A stretch of DNA of 63,847 nt, filler included, from Sandaracinaceae bacterium (GTDB lineage: Bacteria; Myxococcota_A; Polyangia; Polyangiales; JADJQN01): NCBI GenBank assembly GCA_947483975.1. It is 4 parts of 4 records of this genome, joined end to end, with 100 filler letters (N's around TTAATTAATTAA, not from the genome) between each part and the next. Parts side by side here need not be neighbours in the genome. Positions count along the whole stretch, not along the records: positions 49,749 to 63,847 come from CANKOL010000113.1; 3 more parts are not named here. The stretch is one strand, 5' to 3'. The position numbers and the translations under genes were made by a program. The notes under the pieces were generated by a model. The model saw nothing but the letters and a program-made list of their open reading frames with translations. It had not been told where the DNA came from and made no database searches. Position 1 is the first letter of the stretch; every line of letters starts with the position of its first letter. Below are positions 54,772 to 63,847 of the stretch, in pieces.

Positions 54772-56421
54772 ATGCCGGCGCGTATCACCATCATCGGGCC
54801 CGAGGGGCGTCAAGAAGTCGAGCTGAAGCCCCACAACACGCTGGGGCGGCACCCGAACAACACGATCCAGCTCCTCGACCGCATCGTGTCGAAGGAGCAC
54901 CTGCACATCGATCTCGTGAACGATGTGTGGGTCGTCAAGGACCTCGGCTCGTTGAACGGCACGTTCGTCAACGGCGAGCGGATGTCGGCGGATCGCCCGC
55001 TCAGCACGGGCGACGAGATCACCGTCGGCTCGACGCGCATCCTCTTTCAGAGCGACACGACGGCGGTCCCCGGCGGCTTCGTCGGCGAGAGCACCAAGAG
55101 CATGTCGCGCGTCACGATGACGCCGGGCATGGTCGAGTCGCACATCCGCACGAAGCTCGCGCCGCTCCAAGAGCTGAGCTTCCTGCCTGAGCGCATGGTC
55201 CCCGACGTCGAGACGATCCGTCGCGACTACGAGAAGCTGCGCGTGAGCTACGAGCTGCAGCGCGCGATCGGCGTCGAGCTCGACGTCGACAAGCTGCTCG
55301 CCAAGATTCTCGACACGGCCTTTCAGCTGCTCGCCGCCGATCGAGGGGTCGTCCTGCTCGTCGAGGACGACGGCACGCTTCGACCGCGCTGCGTGCGCAC
55401 GAAGAAGGCGGGCGCGGCGACGAGCGAAGAGGTCGTGCTCTCGACGACGATCATCGACACAGTGCGCCGCGACAAGGCCGCCGTGCTCTCGTCGGATGCC
55501 TCGATGGACTCGCGCTTCTCGGGCGCTCACTCGATCATCATGCAGGGCATTCGCTCGACGATGGCCGTGCCGCTGCTGCAGTCGGGGGAGCTCTTCGGCA
55601 TCATGGTGCTCGACTCGCAGATCGCGACGAACGCCTTTGCAGAGAAGGACCTGCAGCTCTTCCAGAACGTCGCCAATCAGGCGGCGATCGCCATTCAGAA
55701 CGGCCTCTTCGCGAAGAAGCTCGAGAAGGAGGCTGTGACGCGCGAGCGCTTTCAGCGCCTGCTCTCGCCGGCGATCGCGGCGCAGGTCCTCAGCGGTCAC
55801 GTCGAGATCGCCAAGGGCGGCGAGCTGCGCGACACGACGGTGCTCTTCACCGACATCCGTGGCTTCACGAGCATGAGCGAGTCCGCGCGTCCGCAGGACA
55901 TCGTCAACATGCTCAACGAGTACTTCGAGCAGATGGTCGAGATCGTCTTCAAGTACGAAGGCACGCTCGACAAGTTCGTGGGCGACGAGATCATGGCGCT
56001 CTACGGCTCGCCCGTCTCGCACGCCGACGACGCGTATCGCGCGGTCAAGACGGCGCTCGAGATGTTGCGCGTGCTCGACGTCTGGAACCGTAAGCGCGTG
56101 TCCGAGGGGCTCGTCGCGATCAAGATCGGCATCGGGATCAGCGCGGGCGAGGTCGTCGCGGGCTATCTCGGCAGCAGCCGCGCGCTCGAGTACACGGTCA
56201 TCGGTGACGTGGTGAACACCGGCGCGCGTCTCTGCTCCGTCGCGAAGGCTGATGAGATCATCATCAGCGAGCGCGTGTACGCCCGCATCAAGGATTACTT
56301 CGAGGTCGTCGAACTGCCGGCGACGCAGGTCAAGGGCAAGGCTTCGGCGCTGAAGATCTACAACGTCATCGGCGAGAAACGCTCGGGCTCGTTCGCCGAC
56401 GAGCACACGCGCCCCGCCTGA
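54772..56421 (+). CDS. FHA-GAF-class III adenylate cyclase
   Basis: FHA (LGR...VSKEH...DLGSLNGTFVN), GAF, then LFTDIRGFT, DKFVGD, YTVIGDVVNTGARL. Start set at ATG 54772. Confidence 0.92.
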   Translation: MPARITIIGPEGRQEVELKPHNTLGRHPNNTIQLLDRIVSKEHLHIDLVNDVWVVKDLGSLNGTFVNGERMSADRPLSTGDEITVGSTRILFQSDTTAVPGGFVGESTKSMSRVTMTPGMVESHIRTKLAPLQELSFLPERMVPDVETIRRDYEKLRVSYELQRAIGVELDVDKLLAKILDTAFQLLAADRGVVLLVEDDGTLRPRCVRTKKAGAATSEEVVLSTTIIDTVRRDKAAVLSSDASMDSRFSGAHSIIMQGIRSTMAVPLLQSGELFGIMVLDSQIATNAFAEKDLQLFQNVANQAAIAIQNGLFAKKLEKEAVTRERFQRLLSPAIAAQVLSGHVEIAKGGELRDTTVLFTDIRGFTSMSESARPQDIVNMLNEYFEQMVEIVFKYEGTLDKFVGDEIMALYGSPVSHADDAYRAVKTALEMLRVLDVWNRKRVSEGLVAIKIGIGISAGEVVAGYLGSSRALEYTVIGDVVNTGARLCSVAKADEIIISERVYARIKDYFEVVELPATQVKGKASALKIYNVIGEKRSGSFADEHTRPA

Positions 56422-56437
56422 GCCATACCTCGCGCCG

Positions 56438-57394
<957 letters not shown>

Positions 57395-57471
57395 GGCTCC
57401 GTGGCTGCTCGGGGCTGCACGCTGTCGCTGCTTTGTTGACCACCCTCGGGGGCGATTCGTAGGATCGGCGC

Positions 57472-58527
57472 GTGCGCAGGTCCATCTCGTCCATCGTTCT
57501 GCTGCTCGCGCTCGCCGGTGTGCCTCTGGCCTCCGGTTGCGGGGCGGCCCTATCACCACGGCCGGTCGGCTCGGCTCGGGTCGGAGCGTCCGCGTCAGCT
57601 GCCTGTGAGGCGCAGGGCGCGAACGATCCCAGCGTCGCGGCGCTGCGCGTTCACGCGCACGACCTCGAAGGGCGGCTCGCGCTCGCGGAGGCCGAGGCGC
57701 GCGACCTGCGGGGCCAGCTTCGAGAGGCGGACACCGAGGCGCGGCGCCGCACGGTTCGCATCGGTGAGGGGCGCGGGGGAGCCGAAGAGGCCCTGCGAAC
57801 CTCGCACGCCGAGGAGGAGGGCTTCGCGGATGTCGAGGTCGATGTGCCCGCGCCCGCGAGCGACGGTCGCCCGGTCTTGCGACTCGTGGGGGAGCCCGAG
57901 GCGCTGGCCGTGCGGAGCGTTCAGCTGCCGTCGGCCGAGCCCCTCGCGCTACCGCCTGCGCCCGCTGGGGTCGAGACGCGCCTCCCCGTGATGGCGCTGC
58001 CCGGTGCGGACGAGCCTGGGCGCTATGCGCGCGCGCTCGCTGCGCGGGTCGCCGCGACGCCCGCAGCGCGCCTTCCGCCGCTTCCGGCGTCGGCGTCGAC
58101 GCTCGCACCATCGGCAGTCGCCCCGGCACAGCTCGAGGCGGCACTCGCAGCGCCGCTGAATGGCCCAACCGAGGACTACCGCGCTGCGCTCGAGCTCGTA
58201 CACACGCGCCGCTTCGAGCAAGCGCTCGCCGCGCTCGACGTGTTCCTCGAGCGAAACCCGCGGGACGAGCACGCCGAGGGCGCGCGCTACTGGCGCGGCG
58301 AGGTGCGGTACGCGCAGCGCGAGTATGCGCAGGCGCTCGTGGCCTTCGAGGAGCTACTTCGGACGGCCCCCGGCGGCAACAAGACCGCCGATGCGCTCGT
58401 CAAGATTGGCCTCTGCCACCAGCGCATGGGCGATCTCGCGCGGGCGCATCTCTTTTTTCAGCGCGTATTGCGCCAGTTCCCGGACACCGAAGCCGCGCGC
58501 ACTGCGTCGCGTCAGGACGCGTCATGA
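57472..58527 (+). CDS. CpoB/YbgF-like TPR lipoprotein
   Basis: Lipobox ASGC, short coiled coil, C-terminal TPRs (ARYWRGE, KTADALVKIG, QFPDTEAA). Confidence 0.75.
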   Translation: MRRSISSIVLLLALAGVPLASGCGAALSPRPVGSARVGASASAACEAQGANDPSVAALRVHAHDLEGRLALAEAEARDLRGQLREADTEARRRTVRIGEGRGGAEEALRTSHAEEEGFADVEVDVPAPASDGRPVLRLVGEPEALAVRSVQLPSAEPLALPPAPAGVETRLPVMALPGADEPGRYARALAARVAATPAARLPPLPASASTLAPSAVAPAQLEAALAAPLNGPTEDYRAALELVHTRRFEQALAALDVFLERNPRDEHAEGARYWRGEVRYAQREYAQALVAFEELLRTAPGGNKTADALVKIGLCHQRMGDLARAHLFFQRVLRQFPDTEAARTASRQDAS

Positions 58528-59681
58528 AAGTCTCTCGGACCGTGCTCTTTCTCGCGCTCGGACTCGGCGGCGCGCCGCTCGCGGGTGCCGCTCTCACTCC
58601 CGCCGCAGCACAGGCGCAGGACGACACCTACGAGGGTGGTTCGTTCGATGGTTCGGGCATGGCGGACGTGCCCGAGGCGGGCAACGGGCACGGCTACCGC
58701 CTCGGCGCGGGGATGCGTCCGGATACGCCCGCGCGCTATGTGATTCGGCGTGGGGACACGCTCTGGGATGTGACGGGACACTTCTACGGCGACCCGTTCC
58801 TCTGGCCGCGCGTGTGGTCGTACAACCCCGAGGTCACCAACCCGCACTGGATCTACCCCGACGGGCAGCTCCGGCTGGTGCCGGAGGCGAGCGCAGGGGT
58901 GCCGCCCGTAGTCGCGCCGCGCGATCGCTCGCGCCTCCGCATCGGGCGCCCGTCGCAGGGCGGCGTGCTGCTGCGTGAGGAGGGCTTCCTCGATCACGAC
59001 GCCCTGCGCGAGACCGGCGAGATCGTCGGCTCGCCCGAGGACCACATGATGCTGATGCCGTACGACCAAGTGTACGTGCAGTTCGAGGCTTCGCAGGACG
59101 CGCGCGTGAGCCCCGGTCAGGAGTGGACGATCTACACGGAGGCGGTCCCCGACGAAGCGCCCGCGGCGGAGGTCGGCACGCTGGTCCGCATCTACGGGAT
59201 CGTGCGGATCGACGGCTACGATCGCGAGCACCACACGGCGCGCGCGACGATCATGGAGGCGCTCGAGCCGATCGAGCGCGGGCATCGCATCGCCGCGATG
59301 ACGCGGCGCTTCGACGACGTCGCCGCCCGCAGAAACGACCGCGACTTGCGCGCGCGCGTCGTGGCTTCGCTGCGGCCTCGCACGCTGCTCGGGGACCAAC
59401 AGGTAGTGTTCCTCGACGTGGGTGAGGAGCAGGGCGTGCAGGTCGGCAATCGGCTCTTCATCGTGCGCCAAGGTGACACCTGGCAGTCCGAGATCGCGGA
59501 CTCCGCGCTCGACCCGGGGCGCACGGTGGAGCAGGTCCGCGCAGCCGGGGAGTACCCGCCGGAGGTCCTCGCGGAGATTCGCGTCGTCAGCACGCGGCCG
59601 CACACGTGTACGGCGATGGTCACGGCCTCGACCCGCGAGATCACCATCGGCGATCGAGCCGAGATGCGTCGAGGCTACTGA
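58524..59681 (+). CDS. LysM peptidoglycan-binding protein (TsaP-like)
   Basis: Signal peptide; YVIRRGDTLWDV...WPRVWSYNPEVTNPHWIYP; ATGA overlap with the previous gene. Confidence 0.85.
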   Translation: MKVSRTVLFLALGLGGAPLAGAALTPAAAQAQDDTYEGGSFDGSGMADVPEAGNGHGYRLGAGMRPDTPARYVIRRGDTLWDVTGHFYGDPFLWPRVWSYNPEVTNPHWIYPDGQLRLVPEASAGVPPVVAPRDRSRLRIGRPSQGGVLLREEGFLDHDALRETGEIVGSPEDHMMLMPYDQVYVQFEASQDARVSPGQEWTIYTEAVPDEAPAAEVGTLVRIYGIVRIDGYDREHHTARATIMEALEPIERGHRIAAMTRRFDDVAARRNDRDLRARVVASLRPRTLLGDQQVVFLDVGEEQGVQVGNRLFIVRQGDTWQSEIADSALDPGRTVEQVRAAGEYPPEVLAEIRVVSTRPHTCTAMVTASTREITIGDRAEMRRGY

Positions 59682-59753
59682 GCGGCGACGGCGTAGCGCG
59701 CGGAGGATCCCGGCCGTTGCCGCGGCCGCGCGCAGCGTGAGACACTCGCGGCG

Positions 59754-61631
59754 ATGTCCGCGATCGTCTCATCCGCCGCGACCGGCGAGTCTGTCCTGCG
59801 CGCTGAGCTGGAGAGCGAGCACGCGAAGCTCCGCGCACTCCAGGATATCGGCGTTGCGCTCGGGTCGACCCTCGACCTGAACGAGCTGCTCACGCTCGTG
59901 CTCGCCAAGGTCTCGCAGGTGATGGACGCCGACCGGTCCACGCTCTACCTGCTCGACGAGAACACCGGGGAGCTCTGGTCGAAGGTGGCGCAGGGCGCGG
60001 CGCAGACCGAGTTCCGGCTCAAGGTCGGCGAAGGGCTCACGGGCTGGGTCGCGCGCACCGGGCGACCGCTCAACATCAAGGACGCGTACCTCGACCCGCG
60101 CTTCGACGGCGACTGGGACCGACGCACCGGCTATCGCACGCGCTCGACGCTCTGCGTGCCGATGAAGAATTATCACGGCCGCACGATCGGCGTCGTGCAG
60201 GTCCTCAACAAGCGCGATGACGGTTACTTCACCACCGCGGACGAGGCGCTGCTCCTCGCGCTCGCGTCGCAGGCCGCCGTCTCGATCGAGAATTCCAAGC
60301 TGTTCTTGTCGCTCGTCGACAAGAACATGGAGCTGCTCGACGCCAAGGAGCAGCTCGAGCGCAAGATTCGCGAGCTCGACGTCCTGTTCGAGATCGCGCA
60401 GGTCGCCGCGAGCGCGATGCGCCTCGATGATCTGCTCGAGGGCGTGCTCGCGCGGACGATGCGCGCGATCGACGCCGAGGCGGGCAGCGTGCTGCTGACC
60501 GACGATGAGAGCGGCGATCTGTGCTTTCGCGCGGCGGTCGGCGGCGTGCCGGAGGCGGTGAAGCGCCTACGCATCAAGTCGGGGCAGAGCATCAGCGGGT
60601 GGGTCGCGAACCACGGTGAGGCGCAGATCGTCAACGAGGTCGGGGACGACGCGCGGCACTCCGTCGAGATCGCCGACCGCGTCGGCTACCACCCGCGCTC
60701 GGTGCTCTGCGTGCCGCTCCGGTGGAAGGACGGCGTCGGCGCCCTCGAGCTCCTCAACAAGGCGAACGGGCGGCAGGGCTTCACCGACGACGACCTCAAG
60801 TTCGCGAGCGTCATCGCCGGGCACGTCTCGAACGCGATCGCGCTCGCTCGCTTCCGCGAGATGCGCGAGCGCGAGGAGCGCCTGTCGACGATTGGTCAGC
60901 TGCTCTCGAGCGTGCTCCACGACCTGAAGACGCCGATGACCGTCGTGCAGGGCTATGCGCAGCTGCTCGTCGGCGAGCCCGACCAAGAGGTCCGGCAGAG
61001 CTACGGCGACGCGATCCTTCGCCAGGTGCGCTTCGTCGGGGCGATGACGCGAGAGGTGCTCGCCTTCGCGCGAGGCGAGCGCACCGTGCTCGTCGGCAAG
61101 GTCTACCTGCACAAGTTCTTCAGCGAGGTGCAGGAGCAGCTCGAGCGTGAGCTGCACGATCGGGGCGTTCAGGTGCGGCTCGAGCTGCACGATCGCGGCA
61201 TCGGGCACTTCGATCAGCAGAAGATCGAGCGCGCGCTGCACAACCTCGCGCGCAACGCGGCAGAAGCCTTCGGAGAGCGCGGCGGCAACGTCACGATCGG
61301 CGTCGAACGTCGAAAGCCGCTGAGCGACGAGGAGGGCGGCGCGCTCGTGCTGACCTTCGCCGACGACGGCCCGGGCATCCCAGAGGAGATTCGCGGGCGC
61401 CTCTTCGAGAGCTTCACGACGCATGGAAAGCAGGGCGGCACCGGGCTCGGCTTGGCCATCGTGCGCAAGGTCGTCGAGGATCACGGGGGCAAGGTGAGCG
61501 TCGAGAGCGAGCCTGGGCACACAGTCTTCACGATGGTGCTGCCGCAGCCGAAGCCTGAGGCGCTCGCGCTGCCCTCGGGCGCGAGCAAGTCCTCGCCGCC
61601 GCCCGCGCTGACGTCGGGCGCGAACCGATGA
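59754..61631 (+). CDS. Cytoplasmic GAF-GAF sensor histidine kinase
   Basis: Two GAF domains (VLNK...FT..DE; LLNK...FTDDD), H-box HDLKTPM, NLARNA, DDGPGI, GTGLGL. Confidence 0.92.
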   Translation: MSAIVSSAATGESVLRAELESEHAKLRALQDIGVALGSTLDLNELLTLVLAKVSQVMDADRSTLYLLDENTGELWSKVAQGAAQTEFRLKVGEGLTGWVARTGRPLNIKDAYLDPRFDGDWDRRTGYRTRSTLCVPMKNYHGRTIGVVQVLNKRDDGYFTTADEALLLALASQAAVSIENSKLFLSLVDKNMELLDAKEQLERKIRELDVLFEIAQVAASAMRLDDLLEGVLARTMRAIDAEAGSVLLTDDESGDLCFRAAVGGVPEAVKRLRIKSGQSISGWVANHGEAQIVNEVGDDARHSVEIADRVGYHPRSVLCVPLRWKDGVGALELLNKANGRQGFTDDDLKFASVIAGHVSNAIALARFREMREREERLSTIGQLLSSVLHDLKTPMTVVQGYAQLLVGEPDQEVRQSYGDAILRQVRFVGAMTREVLAFARGERTVLVGKVYLHKFFSEVQEQLERELHDRGVQVRLELHDRGIGHFDQQKIERALHNLARNAAEAFGERGGNVTIGVERRKPLSDEEGGALVLTFADDGPGIPEEIRGRLFESFTTHGKQGGTGLGLAIVRKVVEDHGGKVSVESEPGHTVFTMVLPQPKPEALALPSGASKSSPPPALTSGANR

Positions 61632-63031
61632 CGCGCGCGGCGTGCGCCGTGGTGTGCCTCGCGCTCGCGCTCGCGGCGTGCGGGGATGACGACGCGGCGC
61701 CGGCGCTCGACGGCGGTGGGACCGATCTCGGCGCCGTCGTACCGGACGCTGGCGTCGTGCTCTACGACGCGGGACCCGTCACGCGCGTGCCCGAGGCGAC
61801 GGCGAGCGACGGGCGCTCCTCGTGCGCCTTCGGACGCGGGGCGATGCCGTGGGAGACCATCGGCGAGGAGTTCCCGCTCGGCGCGGACATCCCCATCGAT
61901 CACTTCATCATCCTGATGCAGGAGAATCGGTCGTTCGATCACTACTTCGGGCACATGCCCGGCGTCGACGGCACTCCCACGGACGCGTCGAATCCGCGCG
62001 CTGATGGGACGCCCATCGCGCCGTTTCACCTCGACACCTACTGCACCGAGGACACGAACCACGAGTGGTCGGGGAGCCACCAAGAGTGGAACTCCGGCGC
62101 GAACGACGGCTTCGTCGTCGCCAACGATCCGCGCGGTGAGCGGGCGATGGGCTACTACGACGAGCGCGATCTGCCGTTTTACTACGACCTCTACGGCACG
62201 TTCGCGATGAGCGATCATCACTTCTGCTCGCTGCTCGGCCCGACGTGGACGAACCGCGAGTTCTTCCTCGCGGGCACGTCGTTTGGTTTGACCTCCAACG
62301 ATCCCGTCCCTGCGTCACGCCTCGCGCCGGAGCAGGGCAATCGGCTGATCTATCAGCTGCTCGACATGGCCGGCGTCGACTGGGCCATCTACTACGACGC
62401 GCGTCCGTTCGTGAACGGCGCGTTCCCGGGATGGTCGGCTGCGGCGGAGCAGCGCTCGCACCTTCGTCGCGGAGTTCGCTTCTTCTCCGACCTCGACGCG
62501 GGGACTCTGCCGTCGGTGGTGTGGTTCGACCCGACGTGGGACTGGGCGGGCGGCGTCAACGCCACGGACGAGCACCCGCACGCCGACATCCAGCAAGGGC
62601 AGGCGTGGATCCGAGAGATCATCACGCGCGTGATGGCGAGCCCGATGTGGGCGCGCACCGCGATCGTGCTGACCTACGACGAGCACGGCGGCTTCTACGA
62701 TCACGTCGCGCCGCCCGAGGCGTGCCCGCCCGACGACCTCGTGCCCGCGGGCGCCGATCACTTCGACCGCCTCGGCTTCCGCGTGCCCCTCGTCGTCGTC
62801 AGCCCCTGGTCGAAGCCGCACTACGTCTCGCAGCAGGTCACCGACCTCACGAGCGTCCTGCGCCTCCTCGAGGCCCGCTACTCGCTCCCCGCGCTGACCG
62901 CCCGCGACGCCAACGCCTGGCCGCTGCTCGACATGTTCGACTTCACGACGCCGACCTTCGCGACCCCACCGACCCTCGCCGAAGCCCCCGTAGACGCGAC
63001 CGAGCTCGCGGAGTGCAACGCGAACTTCTGA
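61628..63031 (+). CDS. Phosphoesterase / phospholipase C (alkaline phosphatase superfamily) lipoprotein
   Basis: Lipobox LAAC; MQENRSFDHYFG, GPTWTNR, DEHP, TYDEHGGFYDHV, LGFRVP. Confidence 0.9.
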   Translation: MTRAACAVVCLALALAACGDDDAAPALDGGGTDLGAVVPDAGVVLYDAGPVTRVPEATASDGRSSCAFGRGAMPWETIGEEFPLGADIPIDHFIILMQENRSFDHYFGHMPGVDGTPTDASNPRADGTPIAPFHLDTYCTEDTNHEWSGSHQEWNSGANDGFVVANDPRGERAMGYYDERDLPFYYDLYGTFAMSDHHFCSLLGPTWTNREFFLAGTSFGLTSNDPVPASRLAPEQGNRLIYQLLDMAGVDWAIYYDARPFVNGAFPGWSAAAEQRSHLRRGVRFFSDLDAGTLPSVVWFDPTWDWAGGVNATDEHPHADIQQGQAWIREIITRVMASPMWARTAIVLTYDEHGGFYDHVAPPEACPPDDLVPAGADHFDRLGFRVPLVVVSPWSKPHYVSQQVTDLTSVLRLLEARYSLPALTARDANAWPLLDMFDFTTPTFATPPTLAEAPVDATELAECNANF

Positions 63032-63086
63032 CGAGCGCGTTCGCTTTGACGAGACGCCCACCCCGCGAGACCCAGCGCGAGCCCCC

Positions 63087-63126
63087 AACAAGAAAACAGC
63101 GGGTCCGGCTAAACGCCGCCCGCTGT
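63087..63126 (-). terminator. Probable intrinsic terminator downstream of dksA
   Basis: ACAGCGGG..CGGC-TAAAC-GCCG-CCCGCTGT stem followed on the minus strand by TTTCTTGTT. Confidence 0.65.
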
Positions 63127-63182
63127 CTCACCGAGCCTCACAGCCCACATCCTCCGCCGCACCGCTCGTAGGGCTACTCCCC

Positions 63183-63261
63183 CGAGAACCCCTCCCTTCA
63201 GGGAGGGGCTGGGGTGGGTCCTACGAGAACCCCTCCCTTTAGGGAGGGGCTGGGGAGGGTC
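63183..63261. repeat. Tandem pair of 38-bp REP-like palindromic elements
   Basis: CGAGAACCCCTCCCTT(C/T)AGGGAGGGGCTGGGG(T/A)GGGTC at 63183-63220 and 63224-63261; internal inverted repeat CCCCTCCCT/AGGGAGGGG. Confidence 0.85.
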
Positions 63262-63622
63262 ACCCGAAATCGCGCTCTTGGCGCTCTTGGTCTTCCTTGC
63301 AGCGAATGCAGAGTGTCGTCTCCGGGCGCGCCTCGAGGCGCTTCGTGGAGATGTCCTCGTCGCACGACTCGCAGGTGCCGAACGTGTTGTCCTCAATCTT
63401 CTTGAGGGCACGGTCGATCTTGTCGAGGAACGACTTCTCGCGGCCACGGAGGCGGAACGTGAACGACTGGATGTACTCGCTCGAGGCGAGGTCCATCTCG
63501 TCCGGCAGATCGTTCGAGTCGAGGGTCATGTCCTCGGCGATCGTCTGCTCGGCGTTCTTGATCAGCGTCTCGCGCTTCTCTTCGAGGATCTTCTTGAACC
63601 GCTTGAGCTCGGCCTTTTTCAT
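63260..63622 (-). CDS. dksA: DksA/TraR C4 zinc-finger transcription factor
   Basis: Coiled-coil tip DEMDLA (DxxDxA), CESC...RLEARP...CIRC. Start set at ATG 63622 (MKKAEL). Confidence 0.88.
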   Translation of the reverse strand: MKKAELKRFKKILEEKRETLIKNAEQTIAEDMTLDSNDLPDEMDLASSEYIQSFTFRLRGREKSFLDKIDRALKKIEDNTFGTCESCDEDISTKRLEARPETTLCIRCKEDQERQERDFG

Positions 63623-63847
63623 CCCTCGACCCCTTGTTCGGAGAGCACGCGAGCATAGTTCGCACACCTCTGCCGTCAAGCGTAGCGAGCGTGTTAGCCA
63701 GGGCGATCGCAAAGTCCCGGCGGCCCGCCGGGAGCCAGCCGTGCGTCGCGGAAGCGGCCTGACCGGGCCCATCGCATCGCCAGGCCGACGGTATCGGGCT
63801 TCGAGCGGGTCGATCTCGATTGACGGCAGATCGCGAGGGTGATCCAA

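Noticed and set aside
63183..63261. Palindromic direct repeats as a mini-CRISPR
   Set aside because: Only two copies, 3 nt apart, with no spacer and no cas genes

Overview
Very GC-rich bacterial DNA. The gene content (MYXO-CTERM-like tail, FHA-GGDEF and FHA-GAF-cyclase proteins, Pro-rich Hsp70, many D(A/G)G-linker lipoproteins) points to Myxococcota, probably Polyangia; this is an inference. The window is not one locus. It is four contigs joined by identical 100-nt N/TTAATTAATTAA/N spacers at 16512-16611, 33083-33182 and 49649-49748, so gene neighbourhood only means something within a block. Block 1 (1-16511) is mostly core and signalling genes: small RelA/SpoT-type synthetase, SDR plus acyltransferase, diguanylate cyclase, PBP, PilT-like ATPase, SPOR protein, gyrA, atypical Hsp70. 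Block 2 (16612-33082) is an accessory island: a tightly coupled DUF1998-helicase / SNF2-helicase / N6-adenine methyltransferase / YhcG-nuclease operon (DISARM/Druantia-like but matching neither layout), a divergent DUF932-like gene and a partial CzcA/CusA pump. Block 3 (33183-49648) is the most unusual. It has an ECF sigma cassette divergent from a YceI / triheme lipoprotein / heme-porin (Cyc2-like) / surface-anchored monoheme cytochrome cluster. That is followed by a cobalamin-dependent radical SAM enzyme fused to seven tandem VDPxPxDAG-type peptide repeats (candidate enzyme-substrate fusion), a two-subunit Tat-exported GMC dehydrogenase with no cytochrome subunit of its own, and a two-propeller plus barrel operon. 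Block 4 (49749-63847) is core: groES-groEL with a CIRCE operator, rpoZ, adenylate cyclase, accA, CpoB-like and LysM proteins, a histidine kinase, a phosphoesterase, and dksA with a REP-like palindromic doublet. I saw no rRNA, tRNA, CRISPR array, integrase or transposase. All family calls come from motifs recognised by eye; no searches were run.
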